Shown here one piece after another: positions 17,729 to 27,509 of a DNA stretch of 61,656 bases. The notes beneath the pieces are model-generated. The model worked only from the letters and a program-made list of their open reading frames with translations. It was not told the DNA's origin and did not search any database. The translations under genes and the position numbers were made by a program. Source of the DNA: a virus (Duplodnaviria > Caudoviricetes); the IMG/VR virus record IMGVR_UViG_3300028897_000348, positions 1 to 61,656 of that record; one strand, written 5' to 3'. How positions within the stretch are numbered: the first letter of the stretch is position 1; the number at the start of each line of letters is the position of its first letter.

Positions 17729-17919
17729 TTTCTTCTCCTTCCTTATTTTTTGAAATAAGTAGATCATTTCTTACAACCCTTCTGAGGTTATATTTTCGTC
17801 AGTTTCTACCCATAAAATACTTTTCTTTTTTATTCTAGCCATACAGAAGAAACAAATATAGAAAGGTTCTCTAAGTAAGTCCTTTTACATAAACAATCTC
17901 CAACTACTTATTATTAGAT

Positions 17920-17933
17920 AGTAATATATATAG
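17920..17933 (-). promoter_or_regulatory. Putative early-type promoter motif (CTATATATATTACT on minus strand)
   Basis: Heads the long minus-strand block; abuts a GAACA motif at 17934-17949. Confidence 0.55.
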
Positions 17934-17962
17934 TAGAACACAATCTAAACTGTTAGTATCTT

Positions 17963-17978
17963 TAGAACAAAATATAAA
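17963..17978 (+). promoter_or_regulatory. Putative late-type promoter motif (TAGAACAAAATATAAA)
   Basis: Heads the structural block; a second copy TAGAACACAATCTAAA lies at 17934-17949. Confidence 0.6.
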
Positions 17979-18003
17979 TTTTATACGGTGTTGGTATCAA
18001 GTT

Positions 18004-18486
18004 ATGAATCTAAAAAAATACCTAGAACACATACAAAAAGACGAATCTATATTTCCTATCGATTCATTTGAGAAAAAGAAAAAGAATGTCTTACGAACTG
18101 TGTATCCTGAACAAACTAGTCCTTCTACTGAGAATAAACGAGTTATGATAGATTTCGATGGAGTTATTAGTAGTTACAAACATGGTTGGATGAACGGGAA
18201 ATTAGTAGATGAACCAAACCTTGGTACCAAAGAAGCAATAGACGAATTACATAATAAAGGATATGAAATAGTCATATTTACTACTAGGGCGTCTACTTCA
18301 TATGATGTTGGTCCACCTGCTTCCAGACTAGTAGAAGATCTGAAAAACTACTTACAAACACATAACATTTATTATGATTTTATTACTGCTGAGAAGTTAC
18401 CAGCAGTAGTATATATCGACGACAGAGCGATTCGATTTAAAAACTGGAAGCAAGTTTTAGAAGATTTTAGTAAAATAGAGGATTAA
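18004..18486 (+). CDS. HAD-superfamily hydrolase/phosphatase
   Basis: IDFDGVI motif I, IFTTR motif II, and K...YIDDRA motifs III/IV. Confidence 0.8.
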   Translation: MNLKKYLEHIQKDESIFPIDSFEKKKKNVLRTVYPEQTSPSTENKRVMIDFDGVISSYKHGWMNGKLVDEPNLGTKEAIDELHNKGYEIVIFTTRASTSYDVGPPASRLVEDLKNYLQTHNIYYDFITAEKLPAVVYIDDRAIRFKNWKQVLEDFSKIED

Positions 18487-18508
18487 TCCTTAGAGGAGGA
18501 TAAGTAAG

Positions 18509-19231
18509 ATGAAGTATTCATTTGCTGAACTTGGTCAAAACATAGTTTCTAGAAGATTTGGAGGAACTACTATTGGAGTTGCTGACCCTTATGTTACAGG
18601 TTATCACTTTATATGGTTTACAAAATTACCTACAAAACTAGTTGATTATACTAAACAAGGTATTTCAGGAATTTCTAGTACTTCTGAGATCCAAAATATT
18701 CTAGCAGCTTCATGTCTATCTGTCACTCCTCCTGGGGGAACATTAGGTAAAATCGAATATACTGGTCTAGGAGGAATAAAGTGGGCAGTTCCATCAAATA
18801 TTGACTATGGAAATACAGTTACAATAAAATTCTTAGAGTTCAATAAAACACCAATTCTCGATATTATGCATAGTTGGGTAAAAATGATTCGTGATTATAG
18901 AACAGGTATTAGCGATATATTAGAAGACGGAGACGCAGGTGAAGGTTATACAAAGAAAACTTATGCCGCAATGATGTACTACTGGACCACAGCTCCAGAT
19001 GGAAAAACTGTTGAGTATTACGCAGCTTATGATGGAATGTTTCCTGCGAAAGACCCACAAGATTTATTTACAAGTGACGTAGAAACTGTTGGAAGACTCG
19101 ATGTTGAGGTTGAATTTAATGTTGATTATGCATGGCATGAACCATGGGTAAAAAGTAAATGTGATTCATTTACATCTACATTCATGGCCGCAAAAGAGAT
19201 CGTCAAAAGATACGGTGAGAGAGAACAATAA
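18509..19231 (+). CDS. Probable tail tube protein (gp19-like)
   Basis: SVTPPG, TVTIKFLE, GMFP and VEFNVD pattern; size and context in the tail module. Confidence 0.65.
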   Translation: MKYSFAELGQNIVSRRFGGTTIGVADPYVTGYHFIWFTKLPTKLVDYTKQGISGISSTSEIQNILAASCLSVTPPGGTLGKIEYTGLGGIKWAVPSNIDYGNTVTIKFLEFNKTPILDIMHSWVKMIRDYRTGISDILEDGDAGEGYTKKTYAAMMYYWTTAPDGKTVEYYAAYDGMFPAKDPQDLFTSDVETVGRLDVEVEFNVDYAWHEPWVKSKCDSFTSTFMAAKEIVKRYGEREQ

Positions 19232-19260
19232 GACATACTTTCCTAAGAGGAGGAAATAAA

Positions 19261-20316
19261 ATGATACTTACAGAAAATATTAACTTAACTGACTCAACAT
19301 TATTCTTACTTTGTGCGAGAGATATTATAAAAGAAGTAGTAAATACATCCTCAATCGAGAACAAAGATACAGTTAAAAACTTCATTGTAAATGAAGCATC
19401 TGACTATCAGATCATGTCACTTCTAATTAATGAAGAACTACCAGAAAAGAAATATGATGTTGAAAAAGAAATACTACTTTTTAGTCAATTAAAAGAACAA
19501 GTAGTTTTTAATTATTCAACATTAACAGAGACGATCGGTGAAAATTTAACCAAGAATATTATTTTTGAAGTTGGACCAATCTCACCAAGATATTCTTCAG
19601 CTGCTTTAATAGCAGAGTTCCTAGTCGCTAAACGAGCCCTTGAACAAGTAGTAACAGTAACAAAGGATCCTGAAGCTGCTAAAAAAGCCCTAGCTGTAAT
19701 TAAAACAAGTATCAAGTTTTGGAAAAATAAAGCCGGAGTACTAAAGAATAGGGTAGCTGCCGCAGTTGGTCCAAATAAAGCAACTTTAGCACTACAATTG
19801 AAGAAAGCGAATCAAAAGATCGCTAGTTTAGAAAAACAACAAGGAAGTATTACGGCCAACTTGAAACGAGCAGGTAAACTTGCAGTTGGAAAAGGAAAAG
19901 TTGCTAGTATTGCGGCATCTGGAAAAGTTGTGGCAGCGTTACAAGCTATAGGAGCGAAAACTGGTGCTGCAGGAGTTGCAGCAAAACTTGGAGTTCCCGC
20001 TACTTCTGTAGGAATCGTTGGTGGTGGTGCAGTAGTTCTTGGAGGTTTAGCAGCTGCAGCTATTCTTACCTATGCAGCAGTAAAAACTTACAAACGATTC
20101 TTAAGTCAAGCAGCTAAGGCATGTAAGGGAAAATCAGGAGCAGATAAAACTGCTTGCATGAAAGCTTATAGAATTAAAGGCTTACAAGCACAGATAACTG
20201 ACTTAAACAAAGCTTTAGCAGGTTGCGCAAAAACAAAAGACCCAGGAAAATGCTCTAAAGCAGTTGGTAATAAACTGACTTCTTTAAAAAAGAAACTAGC
20301 TAAAATACAGAAGTAA
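19261..20316 (+). CDS. Putative virion protein with Gly/Ala-rich hydrophobic segment and C-terminal 4-Cys module
   Basis: VGIVGGGAVVLGGLAAAAILTYAAV; C-x10-C...C-x8-C. Confidence 0.65.
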   Translation: MILTENINLTDSTLFLLCARDIIKEVVNTSSIENKDTVKNFIVNEASDYQIMSLLINEELPEKKYDVEKEILLFSQLKEQVVFNYSTLTETIGENLTKNIIFEVGPISPRYSSAALIAEFLVAKRALEQVVTVTKDPEAAKKALAVIKTSIKFWKNKAGVLKNRVAAAVGPNKATLALQLKKANQKIASLEKQQGSITANLKRAGKLAVGKGKVASIAASGKVVAALQAIGAKTGAAGVAAKLGVPATSVGIVGGGAVVLGGLAAAAILTYAAVKTYKRFLSQAAKACKGKSGADKTACMKAYRIKGLQAQITDLNKALAGCAKTKDPGKCSKAVGNKLTSLKKKLAKIQK

Positions 20317-20319
20317 AAA

Positions 20320-20679
20320 ATGTTAACTGTACAAAAGTATTTAGAAGACCTACAATGTGTATCTGAAATCTCACAGTATACGATATCACTGGGAACTGGT
20401 GGATGGCCCGCCTGGCAAAGAATCTTATCAGATATTACAACTGCCACTGAAGGTTGTATGAGGTTAAGAACGCCAATTGAAAGGAAAATATGTAAGTATA
20501 GAATAAAAATTATAGAAGCAAGGAGGAAAATCGCTTTTCTAAGAACTGTTGACTGTCGGTTAGCTAAACAACCAGAATCTTGTGACAAACAAATTGACGA
20601 ACAAATCGAGAAAATGCAAATGTCTCTAAGAGACAATACAGAAAAAGTTGCTAGAACACTTAGAACTATTCCCAGGTAA
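20320..20679 (+). CDS. Putative virion protein with the same 4-Cys module
   Basis: C-x11-C...C-x8-C similar to 19261..20316. Confidence 0.65.
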   Translation: MLTVQKYLEDLQCVSEISQYTISLGTGGWPAWQRILSDITTATEGCMRLRTPIERKICKYRIKIIEARRKIAFLRTVDCRLAKQPESCDKQIDEQIEKMQMSLRDNTEKVARTLRTIPR

Positions 20680-20702
20680 AATAAAAATAAAAGGAAAAAA
20701 AG

Positions 20703-21242
20703 ATGACCAATAATATGATAAGGATTTTAGCAGGAAGTATAATTGTAAAATCTAAACTTCATAAAGAAGCAAAGACTCAGTTACTTAATTTTATACAAAA
20801 AGAAGCCTCTATTGAACAAGTAATGGTTCTTATATTAGATGGTAGAATCGTCCAGTTAGATGAACAGACTTCTGAAATTGTTCGAGATAGATTTAAGGTT
20901 AATGAAGCTGGTGGACGTATATCAACTATGAGAAAAACATACGCAACACAATATGGTTCTTCACTTGGTGTAGTCCCTTGGGTGCTCTATAGAAAAATTA
21001 GATCTAAATTTGATGAATGTACAAAAAGATGTGGAACATACGAACTAAACACTGCCAGACGACAAGTATGTATGTCTAAATGTAAAGTTGACAAACTAAA
21101 AGCAGAACTATCTGCTTTACGAAAAGCAAAAGTTGATCCTACAAAAATAAATAAGAAAAAAATTCAGTTGTTAAAGGCTGAAGAAACCTTCAAGAAATAT
21201 TTAGAAACTTTTAAGAAACGTGGTTCTTCTATTAAAGTTTAA
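20703..21242 (+). CDS. Putative virion protein, paralog of 19261..20316
   Basis: NFIQKEASIEQVMVL matches NFIVNEASDYQIMSL; Cys module CTKRC...CMSKC. Confidence 0.65.
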   Translation: MTNNMIRILAGSIIVKSKLHKEAKTQLLNFIQKEASIEQVMVLILDGRIVQLDEQTSEIVRDRFKVNEAGGRISTMRKTYATQYGSSLGVVPWVLYRKIRSKFDECTKRCGTYELNTARRQVCMSKCKVDKLKAELSALRKAKVDPTKINKKKIQLLKAEETFKKYLETFKKRGSSIKV

Positions 21243-21312
21243 AACTGAACTTAAAAACTAAAATTCATCGAACATAACTAATATTAGAAAGAGAAAAGAA
21301 AGGAGATAGATC

Positions 21313-22104
21313 ATGACATTTACGAGTTTCAATCTGAAGTTTCCAGAATATGAAGTAATCACACCTCAAACACATCAGTCATTCACGGTACGATCATTAA
21401 ACGTCCAAGAAGAAGAACAAATGAAGGGAAGTTTAATGACACCAACTAAAATAACTGAACACCTCAACAAATGTATTTTTGATTCAATTGTGAAGAAACC
21501 TGATACAATCAAAGATTATGACACATTTTTAAGGAATATAACAATAAAAGATAGAGATGCTTTATTATATGGACTTTATCATATAACCTATGAAGAAATA
21601 AGAAATTACCAAGTAAGATGTGGTAAATGTAATAGTGAATATCCAGTAACAGTTAAAGCTTCAAGTACATTTAACTTCACACCTTATCCAGGAAAAGATA
21701 TATTTACTAAAAAAATCAAAACAGTATTACCTGTTTCTAAAACGGTTAGTGCTATCGTAAAACAACCGAGTCTTTTTGACGAAATTTTCGCTATGAGAGA
21801 ACTGTTAAATACTCCTGGTTCTAGCATTGATACGATTACAGAAACTCTAATTATCGATAGTTTTGAACAAGATATTCAAGAAAAACCTGAACCAATTATA
21901 TATAAAGACCGACAAGACATAATTGACGCTTATAGATCACTTCCTGCTAAAGATAAAAGAAAAATTCATGAAGATTATATGGAAAACTTTGGAAAATATG
22001 CAGTAGAACTAAAAATGAAAAGTTTCTGTCCATCTTGTGGAACAGAGGAAACTTTAGACATTGACCTAGTGGAAAACTTTTTTCGTATGGTGTTCACGTC
22101 ATAA
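21313..22104 (+). CDS. T4 gp26-like baseplate hub / tail assembly chaperone
   Basis: PEYEVITP, VRSLNVQEE, DRDALL, CGKC and CPSCG, terminal NFF; immediately before gp25. Confidence 0.75.
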   Translation: MTFTSFNLKFPEYEVITPQTHQSFTVRSLNVQEEEQMKGSLMTPTKITEHLNKCIFDSIVKKPDTIKDYDTFLRNITIKDRDALLYGLYHITYEEIRNYQVRCGKCNSEYPVTVKASSTFNFTPYPGKDIFTKKIKTVLPVSKTVSAIVKQPSLFDEIFAMRELLNTPGSSIDTITETLIIDSFEQDIQEKPEPIIYKDRQDIIDAYRSLPAKDKRKIHEDYMENFGKYAVELKMKSFCPSCGTEETLDIDLVENFFRMVFTS

Positions 22105-22285
22105 TGATGTTATCGAATTTAAAAAAATAATTTCCGAAGATATTTTTATGTGCATGGAAATGAGTGGACAGTCATATATAGATACCATGGCGATGCCAGT
22201 TAAAAAGTTTCAAAACTATCTGAAATGGAAAGCTGAAATTGAAGAAGAAAAGGGAAAATTGATACAGGAAGAAACACATAGATAA
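22070..22285 (+). CDS. Overlapping +1-frame extension of the gp26-like gene (small tail/baseplate assembly chaperone segment), not in the ORF track
   Basis: The frame opens after TAG at 22067-69 and runs to TAA at 22283-85, encoding FVWCSRHNDVIEFKKIISEDIFMCMEMSGQSYIDTMAMPVKKFQNYLKWKAEIEEE... The first ATG (22148) lacks a clear RBS. Confidence 0.6.
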   Translation, partial: WKTFFVWCSRHNDVIEFKKIISEDIFMCMEMSGQSYIDTMAMPVKKFQNYLKWKAEIEEEKGKLIQEETHR

Positions 22286-22295
22286 GGATAACTTT

Positions 22296-22736
22296 ATGGC
22301 AAACTTACTTGACAGATTTAATAAAGAAGTAGTTGGTTCAAAAGGAAAAATAGCTGACTACTTATCAAAGATCTCAGCAAAGGGAGACTTTTTAAGAACT
22401 ACTAATTTAGATGTAATACTCTCGTCATGGAACAACATATTACTCACTCCCAAAAGAAGCTATGTGTGGGACCCAGAATATGGTAGTGACCTATATAAGA
22501 TGGTTTTTGAACCAGCAGATACAGGAACTTCTGAAAATATTAAAGACGAAGTTATAAATAGTATCCAAACTTACGATGATAGAGCTGAAATTACTGGAGT
22601 TGACGTAACGTTCTTATCAAACCTAAAAGGTTTCAATATAACAATAAATGTAGATTATCAAGGTGAGCAGTCAGAACTTTCTTTAACAATGGATGAAGTC
22701 ATGTTCTCTAACTTTATGGAGAGTAGTGGTCAATGA
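22296..22736 (+). CDS. GPW/gp25-family baseplate wedge protein
   Basis: NILLTPKRSYVWDPEYGSDLYKMVFEP...YDDRAEI. Confidence 0.85.
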   Translation: MANLLDRFNKEVVGSKGKIADYLSKISAKGDFLRTTNLDVILSSWNNILLTPKRSYVWDPEYGSDLYKMVFEPADTGTSENIKDEVINSIQTYDDRAEITGVDVTFLSNLKGFNITINVDYQGEQSELSLTMDEVMFSNFMESSGQ

Positions 22737-23245
22737 AACTTTACTTTATTGGACTAAAAACCCTTAAAGGACGATTTTCACTAAAATGGACTGGAAGTTA
22801 TATTCCGTTGTTATTAACCCCACTAACAAATATGTATGGTGCTTTATTTATTATTGGAGCAGAGTCAGCGACAGAAGAAAATGTATATTATTGTCCTAGA
22901 ACATCTAGTTTTCCAACTTCAGAAATCGAGCAACGAGTTCAAAGGGAACTTGAACATAATAAAGAACAAAAGAAAACTGAGTGGGTAATAGTAGAGTCAC
23001 TAGATTGTTCAGCTAGAAAAGTAACATCAAATTTCGTAATAACTCCTAAAAGAACTGGTAAATATATAAAATCAGAACTTCTATTGGAGTTCGATCCAGA
23101 CCAAAGTAGTAAAGACATTAAAATTTATAAGTTAACTGGAGATATTAATGTTAATATTGAGGTGTCGGATTTAACTACAATGAAAATGACTTTATTTAAG
23201 AAGATGGCTTTTTACAAAGGTTTGAAAAAACTACGAGGAACTTAA
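22733..23245 (+). CDS. Hypothetical protein in the baseplate module
   Basis: ATGA overlap with gp25. Confidence 0.7.
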   Translation: MKLYFIGLKTLKGRFSLKWTGSYIPLLLTPLTNMYGALFIIGAESATEENVYYCPRTSSFPTSEIEQRVQRELEHNKEQKKTEWVIVESLDCSARKVTSNFVITPKRTGKYIKSELLLEFDPDQSSKDIKIYKLTGDINVNIEVSDLTTMKMTLFKKMAFYKGLKKLRGT

Positions 23246-23247
23246 AA

Positions 23248-23892
23248 ATGCAAAGATATGATAGACTATATGATTACATACACGAATATCAACATCTAGT
23301 TTATAACTACTACAGTAAACATGGAATTGCATTTTTAACCACTTACTACAATATAAATCCTCAAGCTACCGTATGGGAAGACGAAGATTTACTAGGAGGG
23401 GCTTATGAAGAAGTAGGAGACCTAACAGGAATAAAATTCGATAAAATATTATTGTTGCCTGTTTATTTCATTGAAGAAGTAAACACAACTTTTGATGGAC
23501 AAGATATAGGTTATATAAAAGAGAACGAAACAAATTTTGTAATTCCATATTCATATGGAATAACTCCGTACCCCAGAGACTTAGTTAAGTTAGAACAAGA
23601 ATATTTGAGGCCAACAAACGACATTTATCCAACTTTCGTAGTTACTGGTGCAGAGATTTCTGCAAATACTGATAAAAGATTTTGGAAATTAAAATTAGAA
23701 ATTTTTCAAAGTAAAACTACTACTCAAATAGAACAACAAGTAGAAGAAACACATGTATTTTTTGATTACGATAAAAAAATACATACTTTACCTGACTCTG
23801 AGTCTTTAACTAGACTTCTAAATAAAAATGAGACTCTTAGAGAAACGTTAAGAAGTTTATATGACGAAAACTCAGGTTTTTATCTTTGTTAA
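23248..23892 (+). CDS. Hypothetical (probable virion) protein
   Basis: 214-aa ORF in the structural operon. Confidence 0.7.
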   Translation: MQRYDRLYDYIHEYQHLVYNYYSKHGIAFLTTYYNINPQATVWEDEDLLGGAYEEVGDLTGIKFDKILLLPVYFIEEVNTTFDGQDIGYIKENETNFVIPYSYGITPYPRDLVKLEQEYLRPTNDIYPTFVVTGAEISANTDKRFWKLKLEIFQSKTTTQIEQQVEETHVFFDYDKKIHTLPDSESLTRLLNKNETLRETLRSLYDENSGFYLC

Positions 23893-23908
23893 CTTTCGAG
23901 GATAAAAT

Positions 23909-26386
23909 ATGACTAAACCAATTTCAACTCAAATTCATCTGTCTAGAGATTCGATAAGACAACAAATAACTGACTATGTAAAAACATATCTTGAGTTAGA
24001 GAATGTGGATCTTACAAAGTCGTCTTTCCTTTCTTTTATAATAGATATCATTTCTACTCTTACGGGAAATTTGATGTTTTATCAAGTCTCCACATATAAG
24101 GAATTTTTCTTAACAAAAGCACAGTTACCTGAGTCAATCTTAAATCTTTCTGCTTTCTTGGGATACTCATCTCAAGACGCATCTTACGCTTCTACAAATG
24201 TTTTGATGAAAGTTCCTCTTTCATTTCAAACTTCTCCAGCGACTTTCATAATTCCAGAAAAATTTAAATTTTACGCTAGTGCTGTAGAATTTATTACATA
24301 CTATACAGTTACAGTTACAATTGTTAATAATGCTTCTGCTACAATACTTCTTTCTGAAGGAAGTAAAAGGTACAATGTTCCTTTTTCCATTACAGATGAC
24401 GTACTTTCTTTTGTACTTCCACTAAGACAATATAAAATAACAGAACAAGAATTTCAAATCGACGAAGATACTCCACTATTTCAGTTCGTAACTCTTGATG
24501 TTCCGATTTCCGGAAAAGTTGCAGAAATGGTTGTAAAAGTAAAAAACCCAGGTGACTCATCATTTACAACATGGACAGAATTTAACAGTATTTATCTGAT
24601 GTCATCAACCAACCAGGGCTACGTTTCTAGAAGAACAGACGAAGGACAAAGACTTTATTTTGGAAATAGTTTAATTGGAGTCCAACCAACACCCGGAGCA
24701 ACTGTACAAGTAACTATTAAAGAAACTGAAGGCGCAGACGGTAATGTAATCGCCGGTTCTGTAAAAACTGGTCAAAGAATATATACATCTACTGGTACTA
24801 CAACACAAATAGTAAATTATACAGTTACAAATCCATCTCCAGCTATAAACGGAGAAGACGAGGAGTCAATGGAAGACATCAGAAAAAATGCGATTGCAAG
24901 TCTAACTGCCCTTGGAAGATTAGTAACAGAAAACGACTACGAAAATATCGATGTTGTAATACCAACTTCTCCATTGGCAGCGAACTCCTTACCTGTACTA
25001 AAGAGGTCCGATGTAAAAGTTAATGAAATAGAGATTTTTACTACTTTACTTTTTGGTTCTGAGACTACTACAATAGAAAATCTAGTTCCGTCAAGGAACG
25101 CGAAATATGAAATTCCGATTACAACAACTTCCATACCTAGAGGAACAATTATATCGTTAGATGGAGTAAATTACATAACTTTATTTGATATGAATGTAGA
25201 TCTATTGAACTCTGTAGCTTATTATGATTATACAGTATATTCTATATATCAAACTCCATCTCTTGTAACTAGTTATAATTCTGATTATGATTTAGTTTCT
25301 GACAATTTAACTATTTCAAAGGTCGGTAATACTGCTGTTTTTGAACTCCATTATACTTCAACTGAGTCAGACGCTGATCTTACTACTTGTGAAATGGAAG
25401 TGGTATCTTCTAGTATGAAATATACTATGACAAATGATGCAACTTCGCACAATTTTATATTAATCATAGATCCTTACACATCTATCCCAGAAGACATCCA
25501 AACTTACTATTTTATAATCAGAGACGCATCTTCTTCCCCAATTGCGAAGTATTCTGGTTCATTGGTTTTTAGAAAAGACTTAACTGACTTCATGAGATCA
25601 AATACGTTTTCTGATTCTACGAGCACAACAGTCTACGATATTCCAGTAGTAAAAAATAGTTGGTATAATGGAATAACGAAAGCAGACTTCGAAAACCAAG
25701 TTCTTCAAACGATGATGACTTCTATGGACTTCGCTAGTTATAAAATGTTAACAGATTTTGCTAATGTCAAATTATGTAATACTACTGGAACCATGGAAAA
25801 CATGAAATTAAACCCAGTTACTAAAAGTGCTGTGCTAAGTATTCTAGCTACTCCACCAGTTAGTCCATCTTTTGACGATAGATATATAGTTGATCCACAC
25901 CAAACTAGTGGTGAGTGGATTGGTCACGAAAATGAAATAGCATATTGTACTGACGCAACTTCAGTTACCTGGGCATATATCGAACCAGTAGCTGACGATA
26001 TAGTTTACGTAGGAAATATAAAATACATTTTTGCAGGAATAGGTTGGATTCCAATTCCAGATTATCAAATGCCTCTGGAGATAGAAATAGAAGTTTTTAA
26101 AGATGAAAGTTATTCAGGAACCTATAATGACCTCTCAAACGCAATTCGAGATACAATTATCGAAGAGTTCAGTGACAGATTTGGTCCCAACGCTGAGATC
26201 TACAGGTCGGAAATTAACGAGACAGTTCAGAATGTAGATGGAGTTGACCATTGTAGAATAGTAAAACCAGAGTCAAGTATATTCTATACATTTAGATTAG
26301 ATGAGTTAACAGAAACAGAGCTGTTAGAATATGGTCCAGAATACGTTTATTTTACAGAAGACAGTATTACAATAAGGATCTTATAA
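23909..26386 (+). CDS. Baseplate wedge protein (T4 gp6 / baseplate J-like)
   Basis: EFFLTKAQLPESILNLSAFLGY, LYFGNSLIGVQP, GADGN, GEDEESMEDIRKNA and RLVTENDY. Confidence 0.88.
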   Translation: MTKPISTQIHLSRDSIRQQITDYVKTYLELENVDLTKSSFLSFIIDIISTLTGNLMFYQVSTYKEFFLTKAQLPESILNLSAFLGYSSQDASYASTNVLMKVPLSFQTSPATFIIPEKFKFYASAVEFITYYTVTVTIVNNASATILLSEGSKRYNVPFSITDDVLSFVLPLRQYKITEQEFQIDEDTPLFQFVTLDVPISGKVAEMVVKVKNPGDSSFTTWTEFNSIYLMSSTNQGYVSRRTDEGQRLYFGNSLIGVQPTPGATVQVTIKETEGADGNVIAGSVKTGQRIYTSTGTTTQIVNYTVTNPSPAINGEDEESMEDIRKNAIASLTALGRLVTENDYENIDVVIPTSPLAANSLPVLKRSDVKVNEIEIFTTLLFGSETTTIENLVPSRNAKYEIPITTTSIPRGTIISLDGVNYITLFDMNVDLLNSVAYYDYTVYSIYQTPSLVTSYNSDYDLVSDNLTISKVGNTAVFELHYTSTESDADLTTCEMEVVSSSMKYTMTNDATSHNFILIIDPYTSIPEDIQTYYFIIRDASSSPIAKYSGSLVFRKDLTDFMRSNTFSDSTSTTVYDIPVVKNSWYNGITKADFENQVLQTMMTSMDFASYKMLTDFANVKLCNTTGTMENMKLNPVTKSAVLSILATPPVSPSFDDRYIVDPHQTSGEWIGHENEIAYCTDATSVTWAYIEPVADDIVYVGNIKYIFAGIGWIPIPDYQMPLEIEIEVFKDESYSGTYNDLSNAIRDTIIEEFSDRFGPNAEIYRSEINETVQNVDGVDHCRIVKPESSIFYTFRLDELTETELLEYGPEYVYFTEDSITIRIL

Positions 26387-27498
26387 TGGAAGAGTTACTT
26401 TCAAAGTCCAAAATTGATAAGTTAAATTTAAAACGTCTTTTAATTAAAGTAGTCGCTACGAACTTATCCAGACTTTCTGAACCATGTTTTTATCCAGTTG
26501 TAAGAAAGAACTTTCATGAATTCCTTCGTTTATGTAATTTAACAGAAAAAGATATTAAGGAGTTTACAAAGAGACGTTGGGAAAAAAGGAAGGAATCTAG
26601 ATTTAAAATTCATATGGATCCAAAAACTAACTTCTACATCTTCCTAATGCAGTATTTCCTCTCAGAAAGAGATCAACCTTCTTTTCGAACAATGATGGTA
26701 TTCTTTATGATACGTTATTACGCAAATCTCATGTTTAGACAGATTCAATATTGCAACATTTCTTTATTTAGATATACTCTAGAGCATCTAACAAGAACTC
26801 ATTTATTTTCACGAGAAAGAACAATACCTAATGCGTTGTATTACCTTTCTGACGAAATGATAAAGAAATATCAAAGAAGTTTAAAAGAAAATAATCTAGA
26901 TGAGATCTCAAAGTTTATTCAAGAAAGTAGAACAAGAATAAGTCAAAGTGTGAAAAGTTTTGCGGAAACATATTATAAGGCTAGTAAAGAAGGAAGTAAA
27001 ATAACAACTGCACCCGAACCTACAGAAGGAGAAGAAGATACTTATCAATATCAAGCTATAGAGAAAAGTACTAGATCAGTCGACGAAGTTACAAAAAAGA
27101 TAACAATTTACAAATACATTGATAAGAATGCAAAAGAAGAATCTAAGAAACTAACTAGAGTTAGTTCTGAACTAGTAGAACTAATTTCTTCTGGAATCAC
27201 AAATACTAAGTACTCAGATGACATTAGAATCATTTTGCAGTTATTTGTTAAAGACTTAAAGAACGTGAATGTTATTTGTGGAAAGGCATATTATGAATAT
27301 GTAAGACGACTAATGGCTGTGAAAAGAACTAAGTCAACTATATACTTTAAGCAACGTGTTAATATTCTGTTATTAAAAATCTTAGAAGATGTTAAGTTCA
27401 AAAAGAGATTTGAATTACTTACAAGTCAAACAAAATCTTTAATAAATCTGTTCCTTGCCTACTACATCACTATGGTTCTTAGAAATACAATTTGTTAA
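26386..27498 (+). CDS. Hypothetical basic alpha-helical protein
   Basis: 370-aa ORF translationally coupled to the wedge gene; no recognised motif. Confidence 0.7.
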   Translation: MEELLSKSKIDKLNLKRLLIKVVATNLSRLSEPCFYPVVRKNFHEFLRLCNLTEKDIKEFTKRRWEKRKESRFKIHMDPKTNFYIFLMQYFLSERDQPSFRTMMVFFMIRYYANLMFRQIQYCNISLFRYTLEHLTRTHLFSRERTIPNALYYLSDEMIKKYQRSLKENNLDEISKFIQESRTRISQSVKSFAETYYKASKEGSKITTAPEPTEGEEDTYQYQAIEKSTRSVDEVTKKITIYKYIDKNAKEESKKLTRVSSELVELISSGITNTKYSDDIRIILQLFVKDLKNVNVICGKAYYEYVRRLMAVKRTKSTIYFKQRVNILLLKILEDVKFKKRFELLTSQTKSLINLFLAYYITMVLRNTIC

Positions 27499-27509
27499 AC
27501 ATAAGTATT

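Noticed and set aside
26386-27498. Sigma-like late transcription factor
   Set aside because: Basic and helical, but no recognisable sigma region 2 or 4 motifs; it would need HHpred or structure prediction to support.
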